Source: Thermoanaerobaculia bacterium (GTDB lineage: Bacteria > Acidobacteriota > Thermoanaerobaculia > Gp7-AA8). From it: a stretch of 64,000 nucleotides of DNA. Both the position numbers and the translations under genes were made by a program. This document shows, piece by piece, positions 26,991 to 35,956 of the stretch. Where the stretch lies: contig DASUSN010000158.1 of assembly GCA_036375075.1 (NCBI GenBank), positions 70,791 through 134,790 of the forward strand, in the 5' to 3' direction. How positions within the stretch are numbered: position 1 is the first letter of the stretch; the number at the start of each line of letters is the position of its first letter. The notes beneath the pieces were generated by a model. That model saw only the letters and a list, made by a program, of their open reading frames with translations, had not been told where the DNA came from and searched no databases.

Positions 26991-29585
26991 ATGCGCTACC
27001 GCAACTTACACGGAACGAACTTCCACCTCTCCGAACTGGGGCTGGGCACCTGGACCTTCACCACCGGCTGGTGGGGGACGTATACCGACGACGACGCGCA
27101 CCGCATCATCCGGGCGGCCATCGAACGGGGGATCAACTACATCGACACGGCCGACGCGTATGGCAACGGCCGCGGCGAGACCATCCTCGCGCCGATCCTG
27201 AAAGAGAACCCCGGCCTGATCGTCGGCACCAAGTTCGGCTACGACTTCTACAACAACCCCGAGCGTCCGCGCGGCCAGCGCGAGCTGCCGCAGAACATGT
27301 CCCCGGAGTTCATCCGGTTCGCCCTGGAGCAGTCGCTGAAGCGCCTGGGCACGGACCACATCGCCATCTATCAGCCGCACAACCCGCGCGTGGCCGTGCT
27401 GCTGCAGGACGAGCATTGGGAGACGCTCGAACGTCTCAAGAGCGAAGGCAAGATCTCCTCGTACGGGCCGTCCCTCGGACCGGCCATCGGCTGGCGCGAC
27501 GAGGGGATCTACTCGGCCGCCGTCCGCCGCGCGCCAGTCACGCAGATGATCTACAACGTCCTCGAGCAGGACCCCGGCCGCGAGTTCATCCTCGCCGCCG
27601 AGCGCGGCCCGGCGTACGGCGGGGTGCCCGAGGCGATGGCGGGGCAGACGAACAAGCGGGCGTGCGAGACGACGTCCGCGTTCGACCCGTCGTTCCGCGC
27701 CTGGAAATCCGATCCCGGCCCGCAGTTCCTCATCCGCGTCACCCACTCCTCGGGCATGCTCGAAGGGAAGTACACGATCGACACGAAGTTCGACGAGAGC
27801 GACCACCGCTCCCATCGTCCCCGCGCCTGGCTCGTCGAAGGGCTGCAGAAAGTCGACCGCATCATCCCGCTCTGCCGCGAGCGCGGCGTGAGCATCGGCC
27901 AGCTCGCGCTGCTCTGGCTCTACGCCCACCCGAGCATCCTCTCCGCGCTGCCGAACATCTACGACGAACAGCAGCTCGCCGAGTTCGCGGAGGCGTCCGA
28001 GCACCCGCCGCTGAACGACGCCGAGATGGAGAAGATCCACGCGATGTACGAGCGCAACTTCGACATCACGCCCTACATGAGTCAGCGGCACTTCGCTTCC
28101 GCCATCCCCGTTTTGCTAGCATCCGCACCCATGACCGCCGCCCTGCGTAACCAGCTCTTCATCAACGGCGACTTCGTCGACGCCCGCTCGGGCGAGACCT
28201 TCGCCACCATCAACCCGGCCACCGAGGAAAAGATCACCGACATCGCCTCCGCCAGCCCCGACGACGTCGACCTCGCCGTCAAGGCCGCGCGCGCGCAGCT
28301 CGAGCCGGGCTCCGAATGGCAGAAGATGAAGCCGCGCGACCGCGCCAAGGTGATGTGGCGCCTCGCCGACATCCTCATGGCCCGCGCCGAGGAGATCGGC
28401 CGCATCGAGACCATCGACAACGGCAAGCCGATCTTCGAGTCGCAGTTCGTCGACACCCCCGCCGCCGCCGAGTGCCTCTACTACTTCGCCGGCTGGTCCG
28501 GCAAGAACACCGGCGAGACCATCCCCGTCAGCGACAGCGCCTTCACCTACACGCTGCGCGAGCCCATCGGCGTGGTCGGCGCCATCACGCCCTGGAACTT
28601 CCCGCTGATGATGGCCGTCTGGAAGATCGCGCCCGCCCTCGCCTGCGGCAACACGATGATCTGCAAGCCGGCGTCGAACACCTCCCTCTCGCTGCTGAAG
28701 TTCGCCGAATACGCCAAAGAAGCGGGCCTGCCCGCGGGCGTGCTGAACGTCGTCCCCGGCCGCGGCAGCGTCGTCGGCAACGCCATCGTCGACCATCCCG
28801 GCGTCGACGCCATCGCCTTCACCGGCTCGACCGAGGTGGGCAAGGGACTGATGGCCCGCGCCGCGAAGACCCTCAAGAAAGTCTCCCTCGAGCTCGGCGG
28901 CAAGTCGCCGAACATCGTCTTCGCCGACGCCGACCTCGACGCCGCCGCGAAAGGCGCCCTCAACGCCATCTTCTACGGCAAGGGCGAAGTCTGCGCGGCC
29001 GGGTCCCGTCTGCTGGTCGAGGAAGCCGCGCACGAAGAGCTCATGAGCAAGGTCATCGAGCGCGCCGGCAAGATGGTCGCCGGCGATCCCCTCCACCCCA
29101 AGACCCGCCTCGGCGCCATCGTCTCCAAGGAGCAGATGGAGACCGTGCTGTCGTACATCGAGGCCGGCAAGAGCGAGGGCGCCAAGCTCGTCGCCGGCGG
29201 CGAGCGCGTCGACATCGGCACGGGCAAGGGCTACTTCGTCCAGCCGACCATCTTCGACGACGTCCAGGTCGACCACCGCATCTCGAAAGAAGAGATCTTC
29301 GGCCCCGTCCTCGCCACCCTGCGCTTCAAGGACGCCGAGGATGCGGTCACCAAAGGCAACGCCACCGTCTACGGCCTCGCCGCCGCGGTCTGGACCCGCG
29401 ACGTCTCCAAAGCCCACCGCATCGCCCGCGCCATCAAAGCCGGCACGGTCTGGGTGAACACCTACAACCTGTACGACCCTGCGCTCCCGTTCGGCGGCTT
29501 CAAGGAGTCCGGCTTCGGCCGCGACCAGGGAAGAGACGCACTGGAAAAGTACACGCAGACCAAGAGTGTCTGGGTGAACTTGTAA
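26991..29585 (+). CDS. single ORF encoding aldo/keto reductase (N) fused in frame to NAD(P)-dependent aldehyde dehydrogenase (C)
   Basis: AKR motifs: YIDTADAYGNGRGE, VGTKFG, YQPHNP. ALDH part starts MTAALRNQLFINGDFVDA with PWNFP, ELGGKSP and GEVCAAGSR. No in-frame stop between them; the ALDH Met at 28131 is in frame with no obvious SD. ATG 26991; the track start 26934 translates the palindrome. Confidence 0.7.
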   Translation: MRYRNLHGTNFHLSELGLGTWTFTTGWWGTYTDDDAHRIIRAAIERGINYIDTADAYGNGRGETILAPILKENPGLIVGTKFGYDFYNNPERPRGQRELPQNMSPEFIRFALEQSLKRLGTDHIAIYQPHNPRVAVLLQDEHWETLERLKSEGKISSYGPSLGPAIGWRDEGIYSAAVRRAPVTQMIYNVLEQDPGREFILAAERGPAYGGVPEAMAGQTNKRACETTSAFDPSFRAWKSDPGPQFLIRVTHSSGMLEGKYTIDTKFDESDHRSHRPRAWLVEGLQKVDRIIPLCRERGVSIGQLALLWLYAHPSILSALPNIYDEQQLAEFAEASEHPPLNDAEMEKIHAMYERNFDITPYMSQRHFASAIPVLLASAPMTAALRNQLFINGDFVDARSGETFATINPATEEKITDIASASPDDVDLAVKAARAQLEPGSEWQKMKPRDRAKVMWRLADILMARAEEIGRIETIDNGKPIFESQFVDTPAAAECLYYFAGWSGKNTGETIPVSDSAFTYTLREPIGVVGAITPWNFPLMMAVWKIAPALACGNTMICKPASNTSLSLLKFAEYAKEAGLPAGVLNVVPGRGSVVGNAIVDHPGVDAIAFTGSTEVGKGLMARAAKTLKKVSLELGGKSPNIVFADADLDAAAKGALNAIFYGKGEVCAAGSRLLVEEAAHEELMSKVIERAGKMVAGDPLHPKTRLGAIVSKEQMETVLSYIEAGKSEGAKLVAGGERVDIGTGKGYFVQPTIFDDVQVDHRISKEEIFGPVLATLRFKDAEDAVTKGNATVYGLAAAVWTRDVSKAHRIARAIKAGTVWVNTYNLYDPALPFGGFKESGFGRDQGRDALEKYTQTKSVWVNL

Positions 29586-29590
29586 ATCCC

Positions 29591-29700
29591 CCTCCGTCCC
29601 ACTCTGTGCCTCTGTGTCTCTGTGGTGAATACCCACGTGCCTCCCGCGAGGCGCGCTCCTATTCACCACAGAGACACAGAGACACAGAGTGGGACGGAGG
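29591..29700. repeat. word-repeat palindrome, family C (ctctgtg / cacagag words), copy 1
   Basis: 41-nt arms cctccgtcccactctgtgcctctgtgtctctgtggtgaata / tattcaccacagagacacagagacacagagtgggacggagg around a 28-nt loop. Starts 6 nt after the stop codon. Confidence 0.95.
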
Positions 29701-29706
29701 AAGCAT

Positions 29707-30789
29707 TCACTGGCGGGTCGTGCGGCGGCGCATCCGGCCGATCTCCGACAGCGTGCGCGCGAACAGCCTCCAACGCGGCTCCGCGAAATTCGCCGTGTCG
29801 CGCTGGTAGACGATCGTTCCCGCAGTGATCGCCGCGAACGCGGCCTCCCGCGCCAGGAGCAGATCCGTCCCCTCCGGATTTCCCGCCGCGTCCAGCGCCT
29901 GCAGGCGCAGCGGCGTGGTGCCGTATGCGACGGCATAGCCGCCGTTCGGGCGCGCACCGACCGCCGGCGCTTCCAGCCCGTACGGCACGATTTCCACGTT
30001 GAACGCCGGCTTCTCCGTGACCGTCCCGAGCTCGCTCACCATCGCGCGAGTGACCACGGCTGCGGACGGCCCGTACGTGTAGCGGTCATACGCCGCGACG
30101 AGGAACCCCGTCCCGTTCGACGCGACCGCAGGCGCCTCGCCCGCCATGACCGGGAACTTGCCCGAGATCGTCCCGCCCCGCGTCAGCGTCGCGCCCTCGA
30201 TCTGCGAGAAGCCCCACACGAACAGCGTCGTCTCCGGCGTCGACGCGCACGCCACGCCGTGCGAGCCCCCGGCGATGCGGAGCTCCTCGCCGCCGAGCGT
30301 GCCGTCGCGGGCGATCCGCCGCGCCCAGATCTCATCCACGATCTCGCCCCGCGGGTTCCACTTCACGCGCTTCACGAACCCTGCGACGTACTCCGCTCCG
30401 TTCCACGTCACGCACGACGGCCCGATGAAGAACCCCTGCAGCGCGACCTCCACCGCCGGCGCCGGCATCGTCCCGTCGCGCAGCACGCGCCGCACGTAAA
30501 CCGTCGGAGCGCCCGCCGTCCACAGCACCACGAAGTCGCTCCCGTCCGTCGCGACGCGCACCCACCGCGCGCTCGCCTCCGTCGCCACCAGGAACGGCGC
30601 CCCGTCGTTCACCCGCGCCATCACACTGGTGACGTCCCACCTCCCGTCCACCCACGCCGTCAGCGTCGCATCCCCCGCGCGGCTCACCGCCCCATGAAAC
30701 TGAATGTGCCCCGGGACCGGCGGACTGACCTCACGCTCGGGCCCGGCGTAAAGCATGGAAGCGAGGAGCAGGGCGGCGGCGGTGATCAT
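29707..30789 (-). CDS. hypothetical exported repeat protein (beta-propeller-like blades)
   Basis: Start ATG 30789 (MITAAALLLASMLYAG). Recurrent blade-like motif (VATDGSDFVVLW, VTWNGAEYVAGF, VASNGTGFLVAAY, GARPNGGYAVAY). The 562-aa track ORF over-extends antisense into the SBP gene. Confidence 0.5.
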   Translation of the reverse strand: MITAAALLLASMLYAGPEREVSPPVPGHIQFHGAVSRAGDATLTAWVDGRWDVTSVMARVNDGAPFLVATEASARWVRVATDGSDFVVLWTAGAPTVYVRRVLRDGTMPAPAVEVALQGFFIGPSCVTWNGAEYVAGFVKRVKWNPRGEIVDEIWARRIARDGTLGGEELRIAGGSHGVACASTPETTLFVWGFSQIEGATLTRGGTISGKFPVMAGEAPAVASNGTGFLVAAYDRYTYGPSAAVVTRAMVSELGTVTEKPAFNVEIVPYGLEAPAVGARPNGGYAVAYGTTPLRLQALDAAGNPEGTDLLLAREAAFAAITAGTIVYQRDTANFAEPRWRLFARTLSEIGRMRRRTTRQ

Positions 30790-30938
30790 GTTATTGGTAC
30801 GTCCCGACCGCGCGGCGTGTCTACGACCGGGCAAGAGGGCATGAAGCGTGGATGCGAGCGGGAATGGGGGGGCGCCGACCGCTCGTGCCGTTGTTGCAAC
30901 CGTTCTTTCCCACCGACCGCCAACCGGCAACCGCCAAC

Positions 30939-30947
30939 TGCTAGAAT
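30939..30947 (+). promoter_or_regulatory. candidate extended -10 promoter (TGcTAGAAT) of the liv-type operon
   Basis: TGnTAnAAT-type element 30 nt upstream of ATG 30977, with GGAGA RBS at 30966-30970. No clear -35. Confidence 0.3.
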
Positions 30948-30976
30948 CGCCGCCCAAGACGCTACGGAGAGTGCTG

Positions 30977-32227
30977 ATGAAGAAACAATGGATGTTCCTG
31001 GCGACGGCGATCCTTTCGCTCGTCCTTTTTGGCTGCCCGCCCAAGACGGGTGAAACGACCACGGCCGGCACCGGCGGCACCGAAGGCGAGATCCTCGTCG
31101 GCGAATACGGCTCGCTCACCGGCGGCCAGGCCACGTTCGGCCAGTCGACCCACAACGGCATCATGCTCGCGGTCGACGAGATCAACGGCGGCGGCGGCGT
31201 GAACGGCCGCAAGATCCGCGTCATCACCGAGGACGACCAGTCGAAGTCCGAGGAGGCGGCCAACGCGGTCACCAAGCTGATCTCGCAGAACAACGTCATC
31301 GCCGTCCTCGGCGAAGTCGCGTCCTCGGCCTCCCTGGCCGCGGCCCCGATCTGCCAGAACAACAAGGTCCCGATGATCACCCCCTCGTCCACCAACGAGA
31401 AGGTGACCCAGGTCGGCGACTACATCTTCCGCATGTGCTTCATCGACCCGTACCAGGGCGAGGCCATGGCCAACTACCTGTCCCGGCAGTTGGGCATGAA
31501 GAAGGCCGCCATCCTGATCGACGTGAAGAGCGACTACTCGACCGGCCTGGCCGCGAACTTCGAGCGCGTCTTCCTCGCCAACGGCGGGCAGATCGTCGGC
31601 AAGCAGAGCTACGCGCAGGGCGACAGCGACTTCCGCTCGCAGCTCACTACCCTCAAGTCCACCAACCCCGAGGTCATCTTCGTGCCCGGCTACTACAACG
31701 AGATCGGGCAGATCGCCATCCAGGCCCGCGACCTCGGCATGACGCAGCCGCTGGCCGGCGGCGACGGCTGGGAGTCGCCGAAGCTGTTCGAGATCGGCGG
31801 CAAGGCCCTCGACGGCTGCTTCTACTCGAACCACTACCACGTCGACGACCCGTCCCCCGCCGTCCGCGAGTTCGTCCAGAAGTACCAGGAGCGCTTCGGC
31901 GCCAAGCCGGACTCGCTGGCCGCGCTGGCGTACGACTCGGCGCGCGTCCTGGCCGAGGCCATCAAGCGGGCGGGCACGACCGACGGGCCGAAGCTGCGCG
32001 ACGAGATCGCCAAGACGGCCAACTTCACCGGCGTCACGGGCCTGATCAACCTCGGCCCGGACCGCAACCCGATCGGCAAGAAGCTGGCGATCCTCGAGGT
32101 CCGCAACAACACGACCATCCTCAAGGGTGTGGTCGATCCGGCCGCCGGCTCGACGCCCGCGACCGGTACCGCCGCCGGCTCGACCGGTACCGCCACCGGT
32201 ACGACCGGTACCACGGCCTCGCAGTAG
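30977..32227 (+). CDS. ABC transporter substrate-binding lipoprotein, branched-chain amino acid (LivJ/K) type
   Basis: Lipobox LSLVLFGC. Type I periplasmic-binding fold pattern (ILVGEYGSLTG...VIAVLGEVASS...IFVPGYY...). Followed by livHMGF-like genes. Confidence 0.8.
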   Translation: MKKQWMFLATAILSLVLFGCPPKTGETTTAGTGGTEGEILVGEYGSLTGGQATFGQSTHNGIMLAVDEINGGGGVNGRKIRVITEDDQSKSEEAANAVTKLISQNNVIAVLGEVASSASLAAAPICQNNKVPMITPSSTNEKVTQVGDYIFRMCFIDPYQGEAMANYLSRQLGMKKAAILIDVKSDYSTGLAANFERVFLANGGQIVGKQSYAQGDSDFRSQLTTLKSTNPEVIFVPGYYNEIGQIAIQARDLGMTQPLAGGDGWESPKLFEIGGKALDGCFYSNHYHVDDPSPAVREFVQKYQERFGAKPDSLAALAYDSARVLAEAIKRAGTTDGPKLRDEIAKTANFTGVTGLINLGPDRNPIGKKLAILEVRNNTTILKGVVDPAAGSTPATGTAAGSTGTATGTTGTTASQ

Positions 32228-32260
32228 CAGGGTTCACACAAAAACAACTGGACATCCGAA

Positions 32261-32294
32261 GGTCCGGCGAGTAGTTTTCGCCGGACCTTTTTTC
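32261..32294 (+). terminator. intra-operon intrinsic terminator/attenuator between SBP and permease genes
   Basis: ggtccggcga-gtagttt-tcgccggacc perfect 10-bp stem followed by tttttt. Ends 4 nt before the livH ATG at 32298. Confidence 0.65.
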
Positions 32295-32297
32295 TGC

Positions 32298-33203
32298 ATG
32301 CAGACTCTCTTTCAGAACCTGCTGAACGGGATCGCCGCCGGCTCGATCTACGCCCTGATCGCGCTGGGCTACACGATGGTGTACGGCATCCTGAAGCTGA
32401 TCAACTTCGCCCACGGCGACGTGTTCATGATCGGCTCCTTCGTCGGCTTCTACGCCGGCAACTACCTGGCCAAGAACAACCCCGACGCGCCGAGCCTGGT
32501 CAACGCGTCGATCGCGATGCTGCTGTCGATGATCATCTGCGGCCTGCTCGGCTACCTGAACGAGCGCATCGCCTACCGGCCGCTGCGGAACGCGCCGCGC
32601 ATCGCGTCGCTGATCACGGCCATCGGCGTGTCGTTCCTCCTCGAGTACGGCGGGCAGTTCGTCTTCGGGCCGGACCCGAAGTTCTTCCCGACCCTGGTGG
32701 AGAAGAAGCTGATCCACCTCGGCAGCGTGGTGACGACGAACTACCAGCTCATCGTCCTGGGCGTGGCCATCGTATTCATGGCCCTGCTGCAGTACATCGT
32801 CTACGGGACGAAGTTCGGCCGCGCGATGCGGGCGGTGTCGTTCAACTTCGAGACCGCGTCGCTGATGGGCATCCCCACCGACCGCATCATCACCCTGACG
32901 TTCGTCCTCGGCTCGATGCTCGCGGCCGTGGCCGGCATCCTGTACGGCCTGTCGTATCCGAAGATCGACCCGCTGATGGGCATCATGCCCGGCCTGAAGG
33001 CCTTCGTGGCCGCGGTCCTGGGCGGCATCGGGAACGTGCCCGGAGCGGTGGTCGGCGGCCTGGTGATCGGCATCGTCGAGGCTTTCGTCGGCGGCTCGCA
33101 GTTCTCCAACTACCGCGACGCCATCGCCTTCGTCATCCTCATCATCATCCTTCTGTTCAGGCCCTCCGGCCTGTTCGGCAAATACCAGCCGGAGAAGGTG
33201 TGA
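32298..33203 (+). CDS. livH: branched-chain amino acid ABC transporter permease
   Basis: LLNGIAAGSIYALIALGYTMVYGILKLINFAHGDVFMIGSF is the typical LivH N-terminus. ATG 32298; the track ORF is over-extended. Confidence 0.85.
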   Translation: MQTLFQNLLNGIAAGSIYALIALGYTMVYGILKLINFAHGDVFMIGSFVGFYAGNYLAKNNPDAPSLVNASIAMLLSMIICGLLGYLNERIAYRPLRNAPRIASLITAIGVSFLLEYGGQFVFGPDPKFFPTLVEKKLIHLGSVVTTNYQLIVLGVAIVFMALLQYIVYGTKFGRAMRAVSFNFETASLMGIPTDRIITLTFVLGSMLAAVAGILYGLSYPKIDPLMGIMPGLKAFVAAVLGGIGNVPGAVVGGLVIGIVEAFVGGSQFSNYRDAIAFVILIIILLFRPSGLFGKYQPEKV

Positions 33204-33211
33204 TGAGAAGC

Positions 33212-33304
33212 GAAATTGAAAATGGAAAATTGAAAATTGAAAAAGGGCCCCGTCCGATGACGCACGCGTCTTTTTTCAATTTTCAATTTTCAATTTTCAA
33301 TTTC
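33212..33304. repeat. AT-rich word-repeat palindrome, family H (attgaaa words)
   Basis: gaaattgaaaatggaaaattgaaaattgaaaaa ... ttttttcaattttcaattttcaattttcaatttc around a GC-rich loop. Lies between livH and livM. Confidence 0.9.
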
Positions 33305-33327
33305 CCCCCGCCAGGAGCCATCCGTTG

Positions 33328-34446
33328 ATGCCGAAAACCTGGTGGCTGAGAGACCTGGTCTTTCTGGTCCTCTACATCGCCGTCCTGTACGGCGCGTGGA
33401 TCGCCCTCGAGTACCTCGCCGTCTACTGGCCGCCGATGCGGTACTACAACCGCATCATCGTGCTGATGGGGATCAACATCACCCTGGCGGTGTCGCTGAA
33501 CATCATCAACGGCCACGCCGGGCAGTTCTCCCTCGGCCACGCGGGCTTCATGGCCGTGGGCGCGTACGGGGCGGCGTATCTCACGGTCTACTACTTCGGC
33601 CCGTTCGTCGAGAAGTTCGCGGAGGGGAGCGTGCAGCGGATCGTCTGGCAGAACCTGCTGCTGCTGGTGGCGATCTGCGCCGGCGCGATCGTTTCCGCGA
33701 TCGCGGGCTACATCGTCGGGCTGCCGTCGCTGCGTCTGCGCGGCGATTACCTGGCCATCGTCACCCTCGGCTTCGGCGAGATCATCCGCGTGCTGATCCT
33801 GAACATCGAGAAGATCGGCGCCGCCCGCGGCCTCACCGGCATCCCGGCCTGGTCGAATTTCTTCTGGGTGTTCTTCTTCGCCGGCCTGACCATCCTGATC
33901 TCCCACCGGCTGGTGATGTCCTCGGTCGGCCGCGCATTCCTCGCGGTGCGCGAGGACCAGATCGCCGCGGAGGCCATGGGCGTCGACACGACGCGCTACA
34001 AGGTCAAGGCGTTCATCATCGGGTCGTGCCTGGCGGGCGTCGCGGGCGCGCTGTTCGCGCACTACACGCCGGCGTACTTGAACCCGACCATGTTCACGTT
34101 CATCAAGTCGTTCGAGGTCGTGGCCATGGTCGTCCTCGGCGGCCTCGGCTCGATCACCGGCTCGATCCTCGCCGCGATCCTGCTGACCATCCTGCCCGAG
34201 GGGCTGCGGTACGTGAAGGACCTCGTCCCGGACAACGCGCCGGAGATGTTCAAGCGCGATCCGCGCATGGTCATCTACTCGATCATGCTCATCGGGCTCA
34301 TGCTCACCCGGCCGCAGGGGCTGTTCGGGCGCCGCGAGCTGTGGGAGTTCCTCCCGAAGCGGAAGGACACGATTCCAAAGGAAGGGCGTGACGAAGGCGA
34401 CGCGGGCGACAAGCTCGATCGCGACGGCGGCCCGCCCGTGACTTAG
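33328..34446 (+). CDS. livM: branched-chain amino acid ABC transporter permease
   Basis: INGHAGQFSLGHAGFMAVGAY and LRLRGDYLAIVTLGFGEI are LivM signatures. ATG 33328 follows AGGAG. Confidence 0.85.
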   Translation: MPKTWWLRDLVFLVLYIAVLYGAWIALEYLAVYWPPMRYYNRIIVLMGINITLAVSLNIINGHAGQFSLGHAGFMAVGAYGAAYLTVYYFGPFVEKFAEGSVQRIVWQNLLLLVAICAGAIVSAIAGYIVGLPSLRLRGDYLAIVTLGFGEIIRVLILNIEKIGAARGLTGIPAWSNFFWVFFFAGLTILISHRLVMSSVGRAFLAVREDQIAAEAMGVDTTRYKVKAFIIGSCLAGVAGALFAHYTPAYLNPTMFTFIKSFEVVAMVVLGGLGSITGSILAAILLTILPEGLRYVKDLVPDNAPEMFKRDPRMVIYSIMLIGLMLTRPQGLFGRRELWEFLPKRKDTIPKEGRDEGDAGDKLDRDGGPPVT

Positions 34447-34448
34447 CG

Positions 34449-35237
34449 ATGGCTGACGAAACCGTTCTCCAGGCATCCGGCGTCACCATCCGCTTCGGCG
34501 GACTGACCGCGGTGTCGAACTTCAATCTCGCCATCCGGCCCCAGGAGCTGGTCGGCCTGATCGGCCCGAACGGCGCCGGCAAGACCACGATCTTCAACAT
34601 GCTCACCGGCGTGTACAAGCCGACCGAGGGGGAGATCCGGGTCGGGAGCGTCGCGACGACGGACAAGAAGCCGTACGAGATCACCCGCCTCGGCGTGGCC
34701 CGCACGTTCCAGAACATCCGCCTGTTCAAGGACCTCTCCGTCCTGGACAACGTCAAGATCGGCGGACATATCCACTACAAGTACTCCGGCACGTCCGCCG
34801 TGCTGCACACGAATCGCTTCCACGAGGCCGAGGACCGGGCCGAGGTCGAGGCGATGAGCCTCCTGGAGATCTTCGGCCTCGCCTCGCGCGCCCACTTCGA
34901 CGCCAAGAACCTGCCGTACGGCGACCAGCGCCGGCTGGAGATCGCGCGGGCCCTGGCCGCGAAGCCGAAGCTGCTGCTCCTCGACGAGCCGGCGGCGGGG
35001 CTGAACGACTCCGAGACCCTGGAGCTGATGCGGGACATCCACGACATCCGCGACCGCTTCAACATCGCCATCCTGCTCATCGAGCACAACATGGAGCTCG
35101 TCATGGGCATCTGCGAGCGCATCGTCGTGCTGAACTTCGGCAAGACCATCAAGGAAGGGACGCCGGAGGAGGTCCGCGCGGACCCGGCGGTCATCGAGGC
35201 CTACCTCGGCGAGCCCGCGGAGGCGGCACACCTGTGA
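34449..35237 (+). CDS. livG: ABC transporter ATP-binding protein (LivG type)
   Basis: Walker A GLIGPNGAGKTT, signature YGDQRRLEIARAL, Walker B LLLLDEPAAGL. Confidence 0.9.
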   Translation: MADETVLQASGVTIRFGGLTAVSNFNLAIRPQELVGLIGPNGAGKTTIFNMLTGVYKPTEGEIRVGSVATTDKKPYEITRLGVARTFQNIRLFKDLSVLDNVKIGGHIHYKYSGTSAVLHTNRFHEAEDRAEVEAMSLLEIFGLASRAHFDAKNLPYGDQRRLEIARALAAKPKLLLLDEPAAGLNDSETLELMRDIHDIRDRFNIAILLIEHNMELVMGICERIVVLNFGKTIKEGTPEEVRADPAVIEAYLGEPAEAAHL

Positions 35238-35947
35238 GCGCGACCATCCTCTCCGTCCGCGGCATCGAGGTGGCGTACGGGACCATCAAGGCCCTGCACG
35301 GCATCGATCTCGAGGTGCGCAAGGGCGAGATCGTCACCCTCATCGGCGCCAACGGCGCGGGCAAGACCACGACCCTGCGCACCATCTCCGGCCTGCTCAA
35401 GCCGCGCGAGGGGAAGGTCGAATTCAACGGCGGCGACATCACCGGCGTCAAGCCGCACACCATCGTCTCCCGCGGCATCTCCCACGTCCCCGAAGGCCGC
35501 GGCATCTTCGCGAACCTGACCGTCCAGGACAACCTCGAGCTGGGTGGCTACCTCCGGAAGGACAAGATCCGCGGCGAGGAGTACGAGCGCGTGTACTCCC
35601 TCTTCCCCGTGCTCAAGGAGCGCATCAAGCAGAACGCGGGGACGCTGTCCGGCGGCGAGCAGCAGATGCTGGCCATCTCCCGCGCGCTCATGGCCAAGCC
35701 GACGCTGTTGCTGCTGGACGAGCCGTCGCTGGGACTGGCCCCGCAGATGGTCCAGACCATCTTCCGCGTCATCCGCGAGATCAACGCCGAGGGCACGACC
35801 ATCCTGCTCGTCGAACAGAACGCCCACATGGCCCTGGTCACCGCCCACCGCGGCTACGTGATGGAGACCGGCCGCATCACCGCCAGCGACGACACCAAAG
35901 CCCTGCTGGCGAGCGACCGGATCAAGAAAGCCTACCTCGGCGGGTAG
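35234..35947 (+). CDS. livF: ABC transporter ATP-binding protein (LivF type)
   Basis: Walker A LIGANGAGKTT, LSGGEQQMLAISRAL, LLLLDEPSLGL. 4-nt overlap with livG. Confidence 0.9.
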   Translation: MSATILSVRGIEVAYGTIKALHGIDLEVRKGEIVTLIGANGAGKTTTLRTISGLLKPREGKVEFNGGDITGVKPHTIVSRGISHVPEGRGIFANLTVQDNLELGGYLRKDKIRGEEYERVYSLFPVLKERIKQNAGTLSGGEQQMLAISRALMAKPTLLLLDEPSLGLAPQMVQTIFRVIREINAEGTTILLVEQNAHMALVTAHRGYVMETGRITASDDTKALLASDRIKKAYLGG

Positions 35948-35956
35948 CGGTGCACG

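Noticed and set aside
28131-29585. Annotating the ALDH as a separate gene starting at Met 28131
   Set aside because: Not adopted as primary because the upstream AKR frame has no stop codon and there is no SD before 28131. It remains the alternative if a frameshift error is found.
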